64,000 bases of DNA from an uncultured Candidatus Binatia bacterium (GCA_965214605.1 OZ243961.1:3872001-3936000), one strand, 5' to 3'. Shown: positions 29,748-40,413, counted from the stretch's first letter. Notes: generated by a model from the sequence alone, not told the origin. Numbers and translations: made by a program.

Positions 29748-30722
29748 ATGAGCAGAGTCCCTATCCCCCGTCGACATTTTCTGAAGAATGCAGGCCGGCT
29801 GGCCGCGCTGGCCGCCTTTGCCGGACGTTGGTCTCTCCCAAAGGCCGAGGCTGCCTCGCATAGCCCGCTCAGCTTCGGTATTCAAACCCCTCCGCAGAAT
29901 GTGACCTATAGTGAGCTACAGCAGACCTGGCTGGAGGCCGATGAGCTTGGCTACGATAGCGCGTTTGGTTTCGATCATTTTTTCCCTATCGTCACCGACC
30001 CCACCGGTCCGTGTCTAGAGGGCTGGACCCTACTGTCGGCCCTGGCCGCCCAGACCAAGCGGCTCAAGGTCGGCCTGCTGGTGACCGGCAATACCTACCG
30101 TAACCCGGCCGTGCTGGCCAAAATGGCGGCGACCGTGGATCACGTCAGCAACGGCCGGCTGATTCTCGGTCTGGGTGCGGGCTGGTTTGAGCTGGAGCAC
30201 CGGGCCTTCGATATCCCGTACTATACGGCTGGCCAGCGCGCCCGGCGCCTGGTCGAAGCGGTCGAGCTGATCAAGCTGTTGTTCACCCAAGAAAGGACAA
30301 CCTACAACGGCAAACACTACACGATCACTGACGCGCCGTTTGAACCCAAGCCGATCCAGAAGCCCCATCCCCCGCTTCTCATTGGTGGAATGGGCCCCAG
30401 AGTCATTCAGCCGCTGGCCGCCCGTCACGCCGATATCTGGCATTTCTTTGTGCGCGACGGCGGGGTGGAGGCGGTGCGAAAAACCTGTGCCGACTTTGAT
30501 ACCGTGTGTCAACAAGTCGGCCGCAATCCCGCCGCGGTGCAGAAGTCCGTCTCTCTACGCCCTCCGCTCCTTGAGCGACCGTCTGCCGAGATCATTCAGC
30601 AGGTCAAAGACTTGCAACAGGCCGGAGTGCAGTATTTCATTCTCTCATTGTTTGAGAATCTGGACCGCCAGCTGATACGGCGCTTTGCCACGGAGGTGCT
30701 GCCCGAATTCCGGCAGGCCTGA
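29748..30722 (+). CDS. LLM-class F420-dependent oxidoreductase with Tat signal
   Basis: PRRHFLK..AEA signal; FDHFFPI; LVTGNTYRNPAVLAKMAATVD. Confidence 0.85.
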   Translation: MSRVPIPRRHFLKNAGRLAALAAFAGRWSLPKAEAASHSPLSFGIQTPPQNVTYSELQQTWLEADELGYDSAFGFDHFFPIVTDPTGPCLEGWTLLSALAAQTKRLKVGLLVTGNTYRNPAVLAKMAATVDHVSNGRLILGLGAGWFELEHRAFDIPYYTAGQRARRLVEAVELIKLLFTQERTTYNGKHYTITDAPFEPKPIQKPHPPLLIGGMGPRVIQPLAARHADIWHFFVRDGGVEAVRKTCADFDTVCQQVGRNPAAVQKSVSLRPPLLERPSAEIIQQVKDLQQAGVQYFILSLFENLDRQLIRRFATEVLPEFRQA

Positions 30723-30741
30723 ACAGAGACAGGAGTGGACG

Positions 30742-31935
30742 ATGCAGCACAGGGTCCCTGCGGTATTCATGCGTGGCGGCACGAGCCGGGCGGTCTGCTT
30801 TCGGGAAGACGACTTAGCAGGCTACGACCACCCGACGCGCGAGCGAATTATCCTGGCCGCCTTGGGCAGTCCCGATAGATACGGCCGCCAGGTCGATGGG
30901 CTCGGCGGTGGTATTTCCTCCCTCAGCAAGGTGGCGATCATCGGGAAAAGCACCCGCAGTGACGCTGATGTCACGTTCACCTTTGGGCAGGTCGACGTGC
31001 GTACCCCGACGATTGATTGGCGGATCACCTGCGGCAATATTTCGGCTGCAGTTGGTCCGTTTGCCATTGACGAGGGCTTGGTACCCGCGGTTGAGCCGTT
31101 CACCCGCGTCCGGGTTTTGGCGACCAATACCGGTAAACATTACATCGCCCAGGTGCCGGTTCGTCACGGCCAGGCCGCAGTTGAGGGGGAGTACACGATT
31201 GACGGCGTGCCAGCTCCCGGGGCATGTATCCGGCTTGAATACCTAGATCCCGGAGGGTCTCTGGGGGGTGCGGTGCTGCCAACCGGCCGGCCCTGCCAAG
31301 CGCTGAGCTTAGCCGGCGGTCGGCGCGTTACCATTTCGGTGGTCGACGCCGCCGTTCCGACCGTTTTCGTCTTGGCTGAAGAGTTGGCGGTTGATGCCCG
31401 GCTCCTGGCGTCTGAGCTTGATAGCGACCACGGTTTGCAGACCACCCTTGAAGAAATACGCTGCCGGGCGGCCGTTCTGCTAGGTGTGGCTGACAGCCCC
31501 GAAGACGCTCACCACTACAGTCCGGCCTCGCCAAAGATCACCCTCCTTGCCCCGTCGGCCTCCTATACCAGCAGCGACGGTAAAGAGGTGGGAGCCGACC
31601 AGATTGATGTGCTGGGTCGGGCGATTTCTATGGGCAACACCCACCGAACCTTTCCCGCCACGGTGTCAATGTGTACGGCTGTAGCGGTGGCGGTGGAAGG
31701 TACGGTCGCCCAGCAGGTAGCCCGGACGGGCTCGGCCGAGAAACTCCGCATCGGTCATCCAGCCGGCATTATGGAGGTCGGAGCCAAGGTGAAATGCTGC
31801 GGGTCAGAGTGGCGGGCCGAGAGTGTCTTTACCCGGCGTACCGCCCGCCGAATTATGGAAGGGCATATTCTTGTTCCTCAACACTATGTGAATGGAACCC
31901 CGTGGTTTGCCGACGAAGATCCTAGGTCGGTTTAG
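30742..31935 (+). CDS. prpF: PrpF/AcnD-accessory family isomerase
   Basis: MRGGTSR; QVDGLGGG..SK; CGN; RTARRIMEG. Confidence 0.85.
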   Translation: MQHRVPAVFMRGGTSRAVCFREDDLAGYDHPTRERIILAALGSPDRYGRQVDGLGGGISSLSKVAIIGKSTRSDADVTFTFGQVDVRTPTIDWRITCGNISAAVGPFAIDEGLVPAVEPFTRVRVLATNTGKHYIAQVPVRHGQAAVEGEYTIDGVPAPGACIRLEYLDPGGSLGGAVLPTGRPCQALSLAGGRRVTISVVDAAVPTVFVLAEELAVDARLLASELDSDHGLQTTLEEIRCRAAVLLGVADSPEDAHHYSPASPKITLLAPSASYTSSDGKEVGADQIDVLGRAISMGNTHRTFPATVSMCTAVAVAVEGTVAQQVARTGSAEKLRIGHPAGIMEVGAKVKCCGSEWRAESVFTRRTARRIMEGHILVPQHYVNGTPWFADEDPRSV

Positions 31936-31964
31936 TGGCGCCTGAGCCGACACTGTTCTACGCC

Positions 31965-32768
31965 TCAGCGGCTGTACTTGACAGCAAAACCCTCCAATTC
32001 GCGGTTGAACTCCAGCGGACTTTCAATCTCATAGCAGTGACCGACATCCTTGATGACCCGCAACTCGGCCCCGGGGATGTGGCTGGCCAGAAATCGGTTG
32101 GCCTCAACCGGGGTGGCCCGGTCTTCTTCACCGACCAGGATGAGGGTCGGCTGGGTGATCTCTTTCAGCCGGTCGGTGATGTCCCACCGCCAGACTCCGT
32201 TGGGATCCTCCAGGCAGCCGAAAACCACCCGGCGGGGCAGCCCGGCCTCATTGAGAAAGTTATTTCTAATCATTGCACAGACTTCGGGGCGCTCCTTACG
32301 CGTCTTTGCCGAGAAACACCGCTCCACAACGTCATTGGCCGCGGCCTGATAGTTGTCACGCAGACTGGCGATGAACTCATCCGCGTCCGCATACCGGCTC
32401 AGGTTGGTGGCGCTGCTGATGATGACATTGCCAGCGACTAGGTGGGGGTAATCGAGGCTCATCTGCATGGCCCGCATCCCGCCCATGGAGTTGCCGACCA
32501 GAATCGCCCGGTCAACGCCGAGGGCGGCCAGAGCCGCGGCGTCGTCGGCCGCCATGTCCTGAATTGAGTAACCGCTGAGCGGCTTGGACGACAGCCCGTG
32601 GCCCCGCGCCTCAATCACAATACAATGGTAGCGGTGGGCCAGAACCGGGGCTTGAAAGGCCCACAGCCAGGCATTGGCCGAGAAGCCGTGCAGAAAGACC
32701 AGGGGAAATCCCGCGCCATAGTGATTGTAATGAATCCTAACGCCCTTCTCACGTTCAACATACGGCAT
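31965..32768 (-). CDS. Alpha/beta hydrolase
   Basis: LHGF; GNSMGG; GEED; GH. Confidence 0.85.
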   Translation of the reverse strand: MPYVEREKGVRIHYNHYGAGFPLVFLHGFSANAWLWAFQAPVLAHRYHCIVIEARGHGLSSKPLSGYSIQDMAADDAAALAALGVDRAILVGNSMGGMRAMQMSLDYPHLVAGNVIISSATNLSRYADADEFIASLRDNYQAAANDVVERCFSAKTRKERPEVCAMIRNNFLNEAGLPRRVVFGCLEDPNGVWRWDITDRLKEITQPTLILVGEEDRATPVEANRFLASHIPGAELRVIKDVGHCYEIESPLEFNRELEGFAVKYSR

Positions 32769-32782
32769 CTGCTTGTCCCCCT

Positions 32783-33253
32783 CTACTGGCCGACAAAGGG
32801 TTTCTTGGCCCAGCCCTCTTCAAACGAGGTGAAGAACTCGGCCTTGACCTTGAGACTCTTGAACTGCCACTCCTGGCTGTTGCGCACGTACTCCTCGGCG
32901 TACTTGGCGGCTAGCCACATGGCCTGATTACGCTCGCCGAGGGTACACGGCTGGAATAGATACCACTGTCCGGTGGCGGCATCGCCGTCAACCTCGATCA
33001 GCGGATTCATAACCTGGTGGAGAGCAAAAGGGAAAATTTCTGCTGCGCCCTGAAAGAATTGGCGAATTGCTTCGCGACCGTGATAGACGCCGAAATTCCC
33101 GCCGTCCCAGACCGCATCTTCGGTAAACAGCGCCGCAATCGCGTCCGCATCGTACTGATCATCACACGCCGCGCAGTATTTGGCCTTGAGCTTTTTAATC
33201 GCTTCAATGTCTTCAACTGCGCGGAGCCGACGTTCGAGTTGTTCAAGATCCAT
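32783..33253 (-). CDS. SnoaL/NTF2-like protein
   Basis: EDIEAIKKLKAKYCAACD..LFTEDAVWD; paralog of 46927-47394. Confidence 0.85.
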   Translation of the reverse strand: MDLEQLERRLRAVEDIEAIKKLKAKYCAACDDQYDADAIAALFTEDAVWDGGNFGVYHGREAIRQFFQGAAEIFPFALHQVMNPLIEVDGDAATGQWYLFQPCTLGERNQAMWLAAKYAEEYVRNSQEWQFKSLKVKAEFFTSFEEGWAKKPFVGQ

Positions 33254-33409
33254 GGGGAGCCCTCCTCGTTTTCTCTCTTACCTACAATAGCCGCTCCGAA
33301 ATGAAAACCTGCTCACCCGTCCATCCAACGACGCGGAGCGGCCGCTAGCCCGCGGCCCGGCCTTGGGCTACAATCCGGTCCGTTGACACCAGGCCATTAA
33401 GGAGGGCGT

Positions 33410-34699
33410 ATGGCGTGGCCAGTCCGCTACAAGCTGGTGGGGCTGCTGACTACCGGCAGCATGATTAACTACCTCGATCGGGTCAATATCGCGGTCGCCG
33501 CTCCGGTGATGATGGAAGCCCTCGACTGGGAGGAGGATAGCTTTGGCGTCATCTTCTCCGCCTTTCTGATTGGCTACACGCTGTTACAGTTTCCCGGCGG
33601 CGTCATCGCTGACCGTTGGAACGCCTGCAAACTGCTCGCCGTTGTCTGTATCGGTTTCTCGCTATTTACCGCCCTGACCCCGCTCGGCGGTCTGGCGTTT
33701 GGCCTGATGCTGGCGATCCGTTTCGGCGTCGGCATGTTTGAGTCAATTACCTTTCCGGCCTACGCCGCACTCAACGCCCGCTGGATTCCGCGCCAGGAGT
33801 ACAGTCGGGCCCAGACCCTCAGCGTGTCCGGAGCCTATCTGGGTCAGGCCATTGCCTACCCCCTCACCACCTGGCTGCTGATGACCTTTTCGTGGCCAGT
33901 CGTGTTTTATTTTAACGCCGCCTTAGGCCTCGTCTGGTTGGTCCTATGGCTGGCCTTGGCGACCAATACCCCGGCTGAGCATCCACGCATCAGCCGCCAA
34001 GAGTTGGACTACATTGAGCGCAACCTGGCTCCCCAAGCCGAGCTACAAGTCTCTCCCTGGGCGGTCGCCAAGGAGAAGCAAGTGCTCCTCTTGTCGCTGT
34101 CCTATCTGTGTCTGGTCTTTGGACTGTGGATGATCGTGCTGTGGCTGCCGACCTATATGGTCAGGGTGCGGGGCTTCAGCCTTGAGCAGATGGGCTGGAT
34201 CGGGATGATTCCTACGGTAGCCAGTTTTTGCGGCTTAGTGAGCGGCGGCCTGTTGTCTGACCGCTTGGTTCGGGCTGGCTGGAGTCGCCGCTTTGCGCGT
34301 GCCCAGGCCCCCTCGCTGTGTATTGCCCTGGGCGCGCCCTTTCTGGTCGCAGCGGTGCTGGCCTCTTCGGGCGGGATGTCGGTGGCCTGTTTTACGGCCT
34401 ACCTGTTCTTGGTTAATATTGCCGGCGGCGGGTATTGGGCGGTGCCCCTGGAACTCAACCCCAGGCTGGTTGGCGCCATTTCAGGTGTCATGAACGGCTC
34501 GGGAAATTTTGCCGGTATCTTTGGCCCGATGACAGCCGGCCTGCTGATTGCCCAGACCGGTAGCTGGGCGCTGCCCTTCCTGGTCGCGGCCGGACTGGCC
34601 GGCGTGTCTTTTGTAATCTTGTATTTCCTGGTGATTCCCGATCCGATTGATATCAAGCTGCCCCAGGACGACCCGGTCAGCCTACAAACAGGAGTATAA
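33410..34699 (+). CDS. MFS transporter (ACS-like)
   Basis: INYLDRVNIAVA; about 12 TM segments. Confidence 0.9.
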   Translation: MAWPVRYKLVGLLTTGSMINYLDRVNIAVAAPVMMEALDWEEDSFGVIFSAFLIGYTLLQFPGGVIADRWNACKLLAVVCIGFSLFTALTPLGGLAFGLMLAIRFGVGMFESITFPAYAALNARWIPRQEYSRAQTLSVSGAYLGQAIAYPLTTWLLMTFSWPVVFYFNAALGLVWLVLWLALATNTPAEHPRISRQELDYIERNLAPQAELQVSPWAVAKEKQVLLLSLSYLCLVFGLWMIVLWLPTYMVRVRGFSLEQMGWIGMIPTVASFCGLVSGGLLSDRLVRAGWSRRFARAQAPSLCIALGAPFLVAAVLASSGGMSVACFTAYLFLVNIAGGGYWAVPLELNPRLVGAISGVMNGSGNFAGIFGPMTAGLLIAQTGSWALPFLVAAGLAGVSFVILYFLVIPDPIDIKLPQDDPVSLQTGV

Positions 34700-34701
34700 G
34701 C

Positions 34702-35910
34702 ATGCTGCAAGGAATCAATAAAAAAGCCCTGGCCTTACTCGGGCTTGGCCATCTGATGGTTGACCTGAACACGGGAGCCTTACCAGCTCTCCTGCCGTTT
34801 CTCAAAAATTCTTTTGGCCTGTCGTACACCATGACCAGCGTCCTCATCTTGGTCGCGAACGTGTCCTCGTCTCTGGTCCAGCCGGTCTTCGGCTACCTCT
34901 CGGACCGCACGACCAAGGCGTGGCTGTTACCCTTTGGGGTAATCGCCGCGACGTGTGGTATGGCGAGTGTGGGCTTGGCCAACAGTTACCCGATGCTGCT
35001 GGTATTGATCTTGATCAGCGGTATCGGGATTGCGAGCTATCATCCCGAAGCCTACAAAACCGCTTATCTATCGACCGGTACAAAAAAAGCGACCGGTATC
35101 TCGCTCTTTTCGGTCGGTGGCAATATCGGTCTGGGCTTAGGCCCTCTGGCCGTGGCCCTGTGCTTAGTCGCTCTGGGGCCGCGTGGTCTGCTGCTGCTGT
35201 GGATACCGGGGTTGATCGTCGGCACGTTGTTGCTGCGTTCTCTGCCGTGGCTGTCGCAGGTGAGACTTCCGTCGCCCACGGCACAGCTTGAGACACCGGC
35301 TATTCCGCATGCAGCCATGGCGGTAGTGTTGGGCGTAGTGATGCTCGGCTCGTGCGTCCACGCCGGGCTCTTTACCTACGTGCCGCTGTATTTTGATGCG
35401 CGTGGCGATAGCACGGTTGTGGTTGGCTCGATTGTGTCGTTGTTTTTAATTGCCGGGGCAATCGGTACCCTGATTGCCGGACCGGTGTCCGACCGTATTG
35501 GGCACAAACGCTTCCTGATGCTGAGCTTTGGTCCGCTGTGTCCTCTGATGCTGTTGTTTCTGCACACCAGCGGATTCCTCAGCCTGATCATTCTCGCCCT
35601 GGTCGGTGCGTTGTTGTCGCCGATGTTTGCGGTGACCCTGGTGATTGCCCAGAACCTGATGCAGGGGCGGCTGGGGACGACCGCCGGGTTGATGACCGGA
35701 GTTGGCTTTGGCGTCGGCGGACTAAGCGTCACCGGTCTGGGCGTTATTGCCGATACCTGGGGGGTGGGGACGGCCATGCAGGTCGTGAGCATCTTACCCG
35801 TGCTGCCCTGGGTGTGCATTCTGTTCCTCCCCGCTGATGCCAGGACTGAGCCAGCACCGAGCCGATTGCCAGACACACCGGCTGCGATCGCCCGGCCGAG
35901 CGAGAGCTGA
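34702..35910 (+). CDS. MFS transporter (Fsr-like)
   Basis: QPVFGYLSDR; YHPEA; FSVGGNIG. Confidence 0.85.
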   Translation: MLQGINKKALALLGLGHLMVDLNTGALPALLPFLKNSFGLSYTMTSVLILVANVSSSLVQPVFGYLSDRTTKAWLLPFGVIAATCGMASVGLANSYPMLLVLILISGIGIASYHPEAYKTAYLSTGTKKATGISLFSVGGNIGLGLGPLAVALCLVALGPRGLLLLWIPGLIVGTLLLRSLPWLSQVRLPSPTAQLETPAIPHAAMAVVLGVVMLGSCVHAGLFTYVPLYFDARGDSTVVVGSIVSLFLIAGAIGTLIAGPVSDRIGHKRFLMLSFGPLCPLMLLFLHTSGFLSLIILALVGALLSPMFAVTLVIAQNLMQGRLGTTAGLMTGVGFGVGGLSVTGLGVIADTWGVGTAMQVVSILPVLPWVCILFLPADARTEPAPSRLPDTPAAIARPSES

Positions 35911-36010
35911 GAAGTTGTGCTCAGACCAGGGCTGTGGTAGAACTGAGATTATGAAGGGTTCTTGTTGCACTGACAGCTGGGATAAGATTTTCTGGACCTG
36001 AGAGGGAGTA

Positions 36011-36292
36011 ATGCCGCCAAGACGAAGCCGAAGAAGACCCCAAAAGCGCTCTAGCACCCCAAGACCCGAACGGTCTGCCGACTCCGATGCCATTGAGATG
36101 ACCGGGACGGTTGTCGAAGTCCTTCCTAACGCATTTTTTCGGGTCAAGCTCGAAAATGACCACATAGTCTTGGCCCACGTTGCAGGCAAAATGCGTAAGT
36201 TTTTTATTAAGATTATTCAGGGCGATACCGTTACCGTCCAGCTCTCTCCGTATGACCTGGATCGAGGCCGTATTACCTTCCGGCGCCGCTAA
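36011..36292 (+). CDS. infA: Translation initiation factor IF-1
   Basis: [39 protein letters not shown]. Confidence 0.95.
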   Translation: MPPRRSRRRPQKRSSTPRPERSADSDAIEMTGTVVEVLPNAFFRVKLENDHIVLAHVAGKMRKFFIKIIQGDTVTVQLSPYDLDRGRITFRRR

Positions 36293-36315
36293 GCCTGTCT
36301 TTCATCACGCGCGGC

Positions 36316-37305
36316 TCAGCCCTCTCCGCCACCGATCACCGACTCTGGCGCCTGCCCGGCGGCAACCCGCTGGATATTGGCGAAGCCAAAGCTGATACGC
36401 CGCGCCCAGGTGTCAAGCGTGACGCCGGCAATGTGCGGCGTCACAACAACATTATCCAAGCTCAACAGCGGACTATCGGTGGGCATGGGTTCGGTGGAAA
36501 ACACGTCTAGCCCGGCTCCGGCAATCTGTTTGTTGCGCAGAGCTTCAATGAGCGCGGGCTCATCAACCACCGGGCCGCGCGAGGTGTTGATCAGGATGGC
36601 CGAGGCTTTCATCAGACCGAACGCGCGGGCATTGATGAGACCCTGGGTGTGATCGGTCAGCGGGGTGTGAACCGACACGACATCGGCCTGGGCCAGCAAC
36701 TCGTCAAAGGGGAGAGCGACAGCGCCAAGTTCTTGCTCAACCTCGGCCGGCGCACGGACCGCATCGTAGTACCGAATTGTGGCCTCAAAGCCGCTCGCCA
36801 AGCGGGCCAACTGACGACCGATCCGGCCAAAACCGACAATTCCCAGGGTCTTGGCCCGGAACTCGCGCATACGCAGAGTTTCCTGCAGGCCCAGCCAGCG
36901 TCCCTGATGGAGGCTGTCGTGGTGGAAGGGCAATTTTTTATACACGGCCAGAATCAGGAGCAGGGCGTGTTCGGCCACCGTTGGGGCGTTGGCGCCGCCG
37001 TTGTTGGCGATCGGAATCCCGGCCTGTTGAAAGGCCGCTAAGTCCAGCCATTCATACCCCGCGCTTAGTACCTGAAAGAGTTTGAGGCGGCCGGCAGCGG
37101 CAATCTCTTGCTTGGACGGATTACCGGGGTAGCCGAGCAGAAAGTCGGCCTGGGAAATTTTTTCGTGTCGTAACTCGGCCGGCGCGTCCTGTTCGAGCAG
37201 CTCAAGACTGAAGTTCGCTGGAACCCGGGCGGTGGCCATGTCAATAATCTGTTGGGGCACGTAGCGCGGAGAGTAGAGAAAGACAATCGTGTAGTGTTCG
37301 CTCAT
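36316..37305 (-). CDS. D-isomer-specific 2-hydroxyacid dehydrogenase
   Basis: GIVGFGRIG; INTSRG; LDVF; TPHIAG. Confidence 0.9.
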   Translation of the reverse strand: MSEHYTIVFLYSPRYVPQQIIDMATARVPANFSLELLEQDAPAELRHEKISQADFLLGYPGNPSKQEIAAAGRLKLFQVLSAGYEWLDLAAFQQAGIPIANNGGANAPTVAEHALLLILAVYKKLPFHHDSLHQGRWLGLQETLRMREFRAKTLGIVGFGRIGRQLARLASGFEATIRYYDAVRAPAEVEQELGAVALPFDELLAQADVVSVHTPLTDHTQGLINARAFGLMKASAILINTSRGPVVDEPALIEALRNKQIAGAGLDVFSTEPMPTDSPLLSLDNVVVTPHIAGVTLDTWARRISFGFANIQRVAAGQAPESVIGGGEG

Positions 37306-37323
37306 CGCGACTTCCCTCACTGT

Positions 37324-38604
37324 TTAGCCGAAATAGGCCAGGATACGACATAAAATCTGAAAGCCTTGGCGCATATGGGTGAGTTCGGCAAACTCGTTCG
37401 GTGCGTGGTAGGTATCAAGACGGCCAAAGCCGGTAATTTGAATATCAAAACCGTTTGTTTGCAACATCTGCACATAGGGCAGACCACCCGTCACCGAAAA
37501 CGGCCGGGAGTCGGGACGAACCGCAGCTACCGCCTCAGCCAGGGCCTGGTAGCCGACCGAGTGGCGGTCGCATGCCATGCCGCCGACCGGCGCGCCAATG
37601 CTCTCTAGCTTGACCGTTCCGATCTCGGTTGGCCCCAGCCGGTAGCGGCTAGGGCCGACTGTGGGCAGCCTCAGGATATCGAGGTTGTTGATAAACGCCT
37701 TGGCTCCATCGCGAACCTCTTGGGGCGAATACCACGGTGTGAGACGGATATCACCCTCAACCACGGCGGTGGCCGGAATCTTGCTCAGGGTGTCGTTGTG
37801 AACCGTGACCCGGGTCGGCTTGAGTGAGGACGGTCCCCGAAAGCCGTACTCCTGCTCTTTGGGATGGGGCGGATAGTGCTCATAAAACCAGCGCTGTAAG
37901 GCTCGGGTCGCCTCAAAGGCCAGCTCGGCGGCATTAATCCCGTCCTGTGGAAAGCCGGAGTGTGAGACCTTGCCCTCCACCAGCAGCCGCCACGGCGCCA
38001 TACCACCAGTCGCCAGAGTTGGTCCGAAGTCGGCACTATCGAGCCAGTACACCGGTCCTTTTTTGAGGTGTTTGAGCCTGCCGTCCCGCACCAGCCTGCC
38101 GAGGCCGATACCGCTAACCCGCGAGAGTTCTTCGTTGGCGATAATGACACCGACAACAGTACGGTCGAGGCGGACTTCCGACTCGGCTAGTTGGCGAAAC
38201 AGATCGGTCAAAACCGCCACATGTCCCAGGCAGTCTGTGACCCCACGTCCGTACAAACAGTCGCCCTCAATGTGGAGCTGGAACGGTGGATGTTGCCACT
38301 CGGCTGGGTCGGCCGGTACGACGTCTAGATGGGCCCCAACAAAGGCAACCGTGCGTTTGGTTCTCCCCGGGTAGGTGATGATGAGATTGCCACGTCCCTC
38401 GGCATAGCTGACGCGCTCGACGCGCAGCTTACCGGCCCGTACCAGTGGACTCAGCTCGGCGACAACGATGTCACCAGCCAAATCTTCCTGGGGAGGCGGC
38501 GCCTCTTTAGCAAGGGAGTTTTGCAGTTGCTCACCGACCGCTACCATTCCGCTCAACACGTGTAGAAAGCGGGCGGTGTTGAGCGTCCAGGTGGTGAGAT
38601 CCAT
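37324..38604 (-). CDS. M20 family acetylornithine-deacetylase-like protein
   Basis: GAHLDVVPA; YGRGVTDCLGH; ANEE; YHAPNE. Confidence 0.8.
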   Translation of the reverse strand: MDLTTWTLNTARFLHVLSGMVAVGEQLQNSLAKEAPPPQEDLAGDIVVAELSPLVRAGKLRVERVSYAEGRGNLIITYPGRTKRTVAFVGAHLDVVPADPAEWQHPPFQLHIEGDCLYGRGVTDCLGHVAVLTDLFRQLAESEVRLDRTVVGVIIANEELSRVSGIGLGRLVRDGRLKHLKKGPVYWLDSADFGPTLATGGMAPWRLLVEGKVSHSGFPQDGINAAELAFEATRALQRWFYEHYPPHPKEQEYGFRGPSSLKPTRVTVHNDTLSKIPATAVVEGDIRLTPWYSPQEVRDGAKAFINNLDILRLPTVGPSRYRLGPTEIGTVKLESIGAPVGGMACDRHSVGYQALAEAVAAVRPDSRPFSVTGGLPYVQMLQTNGFDIQITGFGRLDTYHAPNEFAELTHMRQGFQILCRILAYFG

Positions 38605-38644
38605 ACCCCCAGCTCTTCAAGGTTCGCCCAGAGCTCAGAGCTGT

Positions 38645-39052
38645 TTAGATGCCTTCGGCGTCAAAGACTTCCTTGGCCACCTGAAAGGCGTTGACCGCAG
38701 CGGGCACGCCCGCGTAAAAAGCCATCTGAATCAGGATTTCGATGATCTCTTCTTTGCTTAGGCCGACGTTGAGGCCGTTGGCGATATGGCTTTTGAGCTG
38801 CGGCAGGCGTTGCATCGAGGTCAGAGCCGCGATCACGGCCACACTGCGCAGTTTTATTTCAAGGCCCGGTCGCCCCCAGACTTTGCCAAACACAACTTCG
38901 TTCAGCATATCCTCCAAATCGGGCGCCAATTCCGCCAGCGCAGTGGGCGGTCCGCCATAACGTTCACCGCTCAGTTCCTTGCGAATCGCAATGCCTTTTC
39001 GATAGGCCACAGTTTTCGGAGTCGCTCTTTTCCTAGCCGGTGCTTTTGCCAT
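38645..39052 (-). CDS. Carboxymuconolactone decarboxylase family
   Basis: FGKVWGRPGL..RS; HIANGLNVG; YAGVPAA. Confidence 0.85.
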   Translation of the reverse strand: MAKAPARKRATPKTVAYRKGIAIRKELSGERYGGPPTALAELAPDLEDMLNEVVFGKVWGRPGLEIKLRSVAVIAALTSMQRLPQLKSHIANGLNVGLSKEEIIEILIQMAFYAGVPAAVNAFQVAKEVFDAEGI

Positions 39053-39230
39053 ACTTTCTCCCTGCTTCGGTGATGATAGGCTGCCCGCAGACTATACCTA
39101 GGCAGGGCAGTGAGCACAAGCGAGCCCCGCCCGGCGGCTTGACAGGCTGGGCCTCAGCATGTTCAAAACAGTGCGTTACCGCTGGCCGATACGCTCGGCG
39201 AGACGCAACAGGCTGTGAAGGAGGGACTCT

Positions 39231-40298
39231 GTGAAATTTGGCCTTTTTTACCAACTGCCGTGTGCGGACGATCAGTCCGATGTCACCCGCTACCGAGAGA
39301 CAATAGAACAGGTCCAGTATGGCGATGAACTCGGCTTCAACTGTGCCTGGCTGGCCGAGCTGCATTTTTATAAACCCTTTTCGATCATGTCCTCCCCCCT
39401 GATTGTGGCCACCGCGATCGCCCAGAAAACTCGCAATATTCGACTCGGCATCGCTGTCAGTCTGCTGCCGCTGTGGCACCCCTTACGGAGTGCTGAGGAC
39501 GGCGCAACCGTGGACATTCTGAGCGAGGGGCGCTTGGAGTTTGGTGTCGGCCGAGGCGCAATCCCACTCCACTTTGCCGGCTTTAACGCCTCACGTGAGG
39601 AGAGTCGCCAGCGATTTGAAGAGTCGCTCGAGATTATTAAAAAAGCCTGGACGACCGAGTCCTTCTCGTATGACGGGCAGTTCTACCACATCCCCGAGAC
39701 GAGTGTTGTTCCCAAGCCGTTCCAAAAGCCACACCCTCCGCTGCGGGTTGCCGCCAACAGTCCGGAGACAGCGGTGTTTGCCGGTCAGGAGCATTACTCG
39801 ATATTTGTCGCCTCAGTCACTAATCCGCTGCCGCGTATGTATGAGCAGGTTGACCGCTATCGAGAAGCCTGGGCAATGAGTCCCATCTCAAACGGTGAAG
39901 GTCAACCGGATGTCTCGACCATGTTTTTTATGCAGCCGGGCGAGAGTTTGGCCGCGGTCCAAGACGCTATTGAGCCCAGCCTAGGCAACTATTTCCAGAG
40001 TGTGTCGGGCATGGTTCGGGCGGCCGTGGACGCCCAGAGTGGCTCAGACAGCTACCGTTACCTGCAAGAAGTCCAGAAAAGTGTGGATAGCATCACCTTT
40101 GAGACCATGACCCAGAACATGGCGGTCTTTGGTTCGCCGGCCGAGTGTATTGAGCGCATCAGGGCACTGCACGAGCGGCTTAAGATGCAAGAGCTGATCT
40201 GCTGGTTCAATCCCGGCGGCAAGGTCCCGCACAAAAAAGTCTTGGCCGCTATGGCCCGCTTTGCCAACGAAGTCGCGCCCGCCGTCCAAGATCTGTGA
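39231..40298 (+). CDS. LLM-class flavin-dependent oxidoreductase
   Basis: WLAELHF; AEDGATVDILSEGRLEFGVGRG. Confidence 0.9.
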   Translation: MKFGLFYQLPCADDQSDVTRYRETIEQVQYGDELGFNCAWLAELHFYKPFSIMSSPLIVATAIAQKTRNIRLGIAVSLLPLWHPLRSAEDGATVDILSEGRLEFGVGRGAIPLHFAGFNASREESRQRFEESLEIIKKAWTTESFSYDGQFYHIPETSVVPKPFQKPHPPLRVAANSPETAVFAGQEHYSIFVASVTNPLPRMYEQVDRYREAWAMSPISNGEGQPDVSTMFFMQPGESLAAVQDAIEPSLGNYFQSVSGMVRAAVDAQSGSDSYRYLQEVQKSVDSITFETMTQNMAVFGSPAECIERIRALHERLKMQELICWFNPGGKVPHKKVLAAMARFANEVAPAVQDL

Positions 40299-40413
40299 GC
40301 TCGGCCTTGGGCGCTTTTCCCTTGACAAGCCGCGGCCAGAGGCTGATAAGATCTGAGGACGCTGGCGGAGCAAACAGGAGATAGGTCACACTAGCTCAGA
40401 GGAGGGCACGAGT

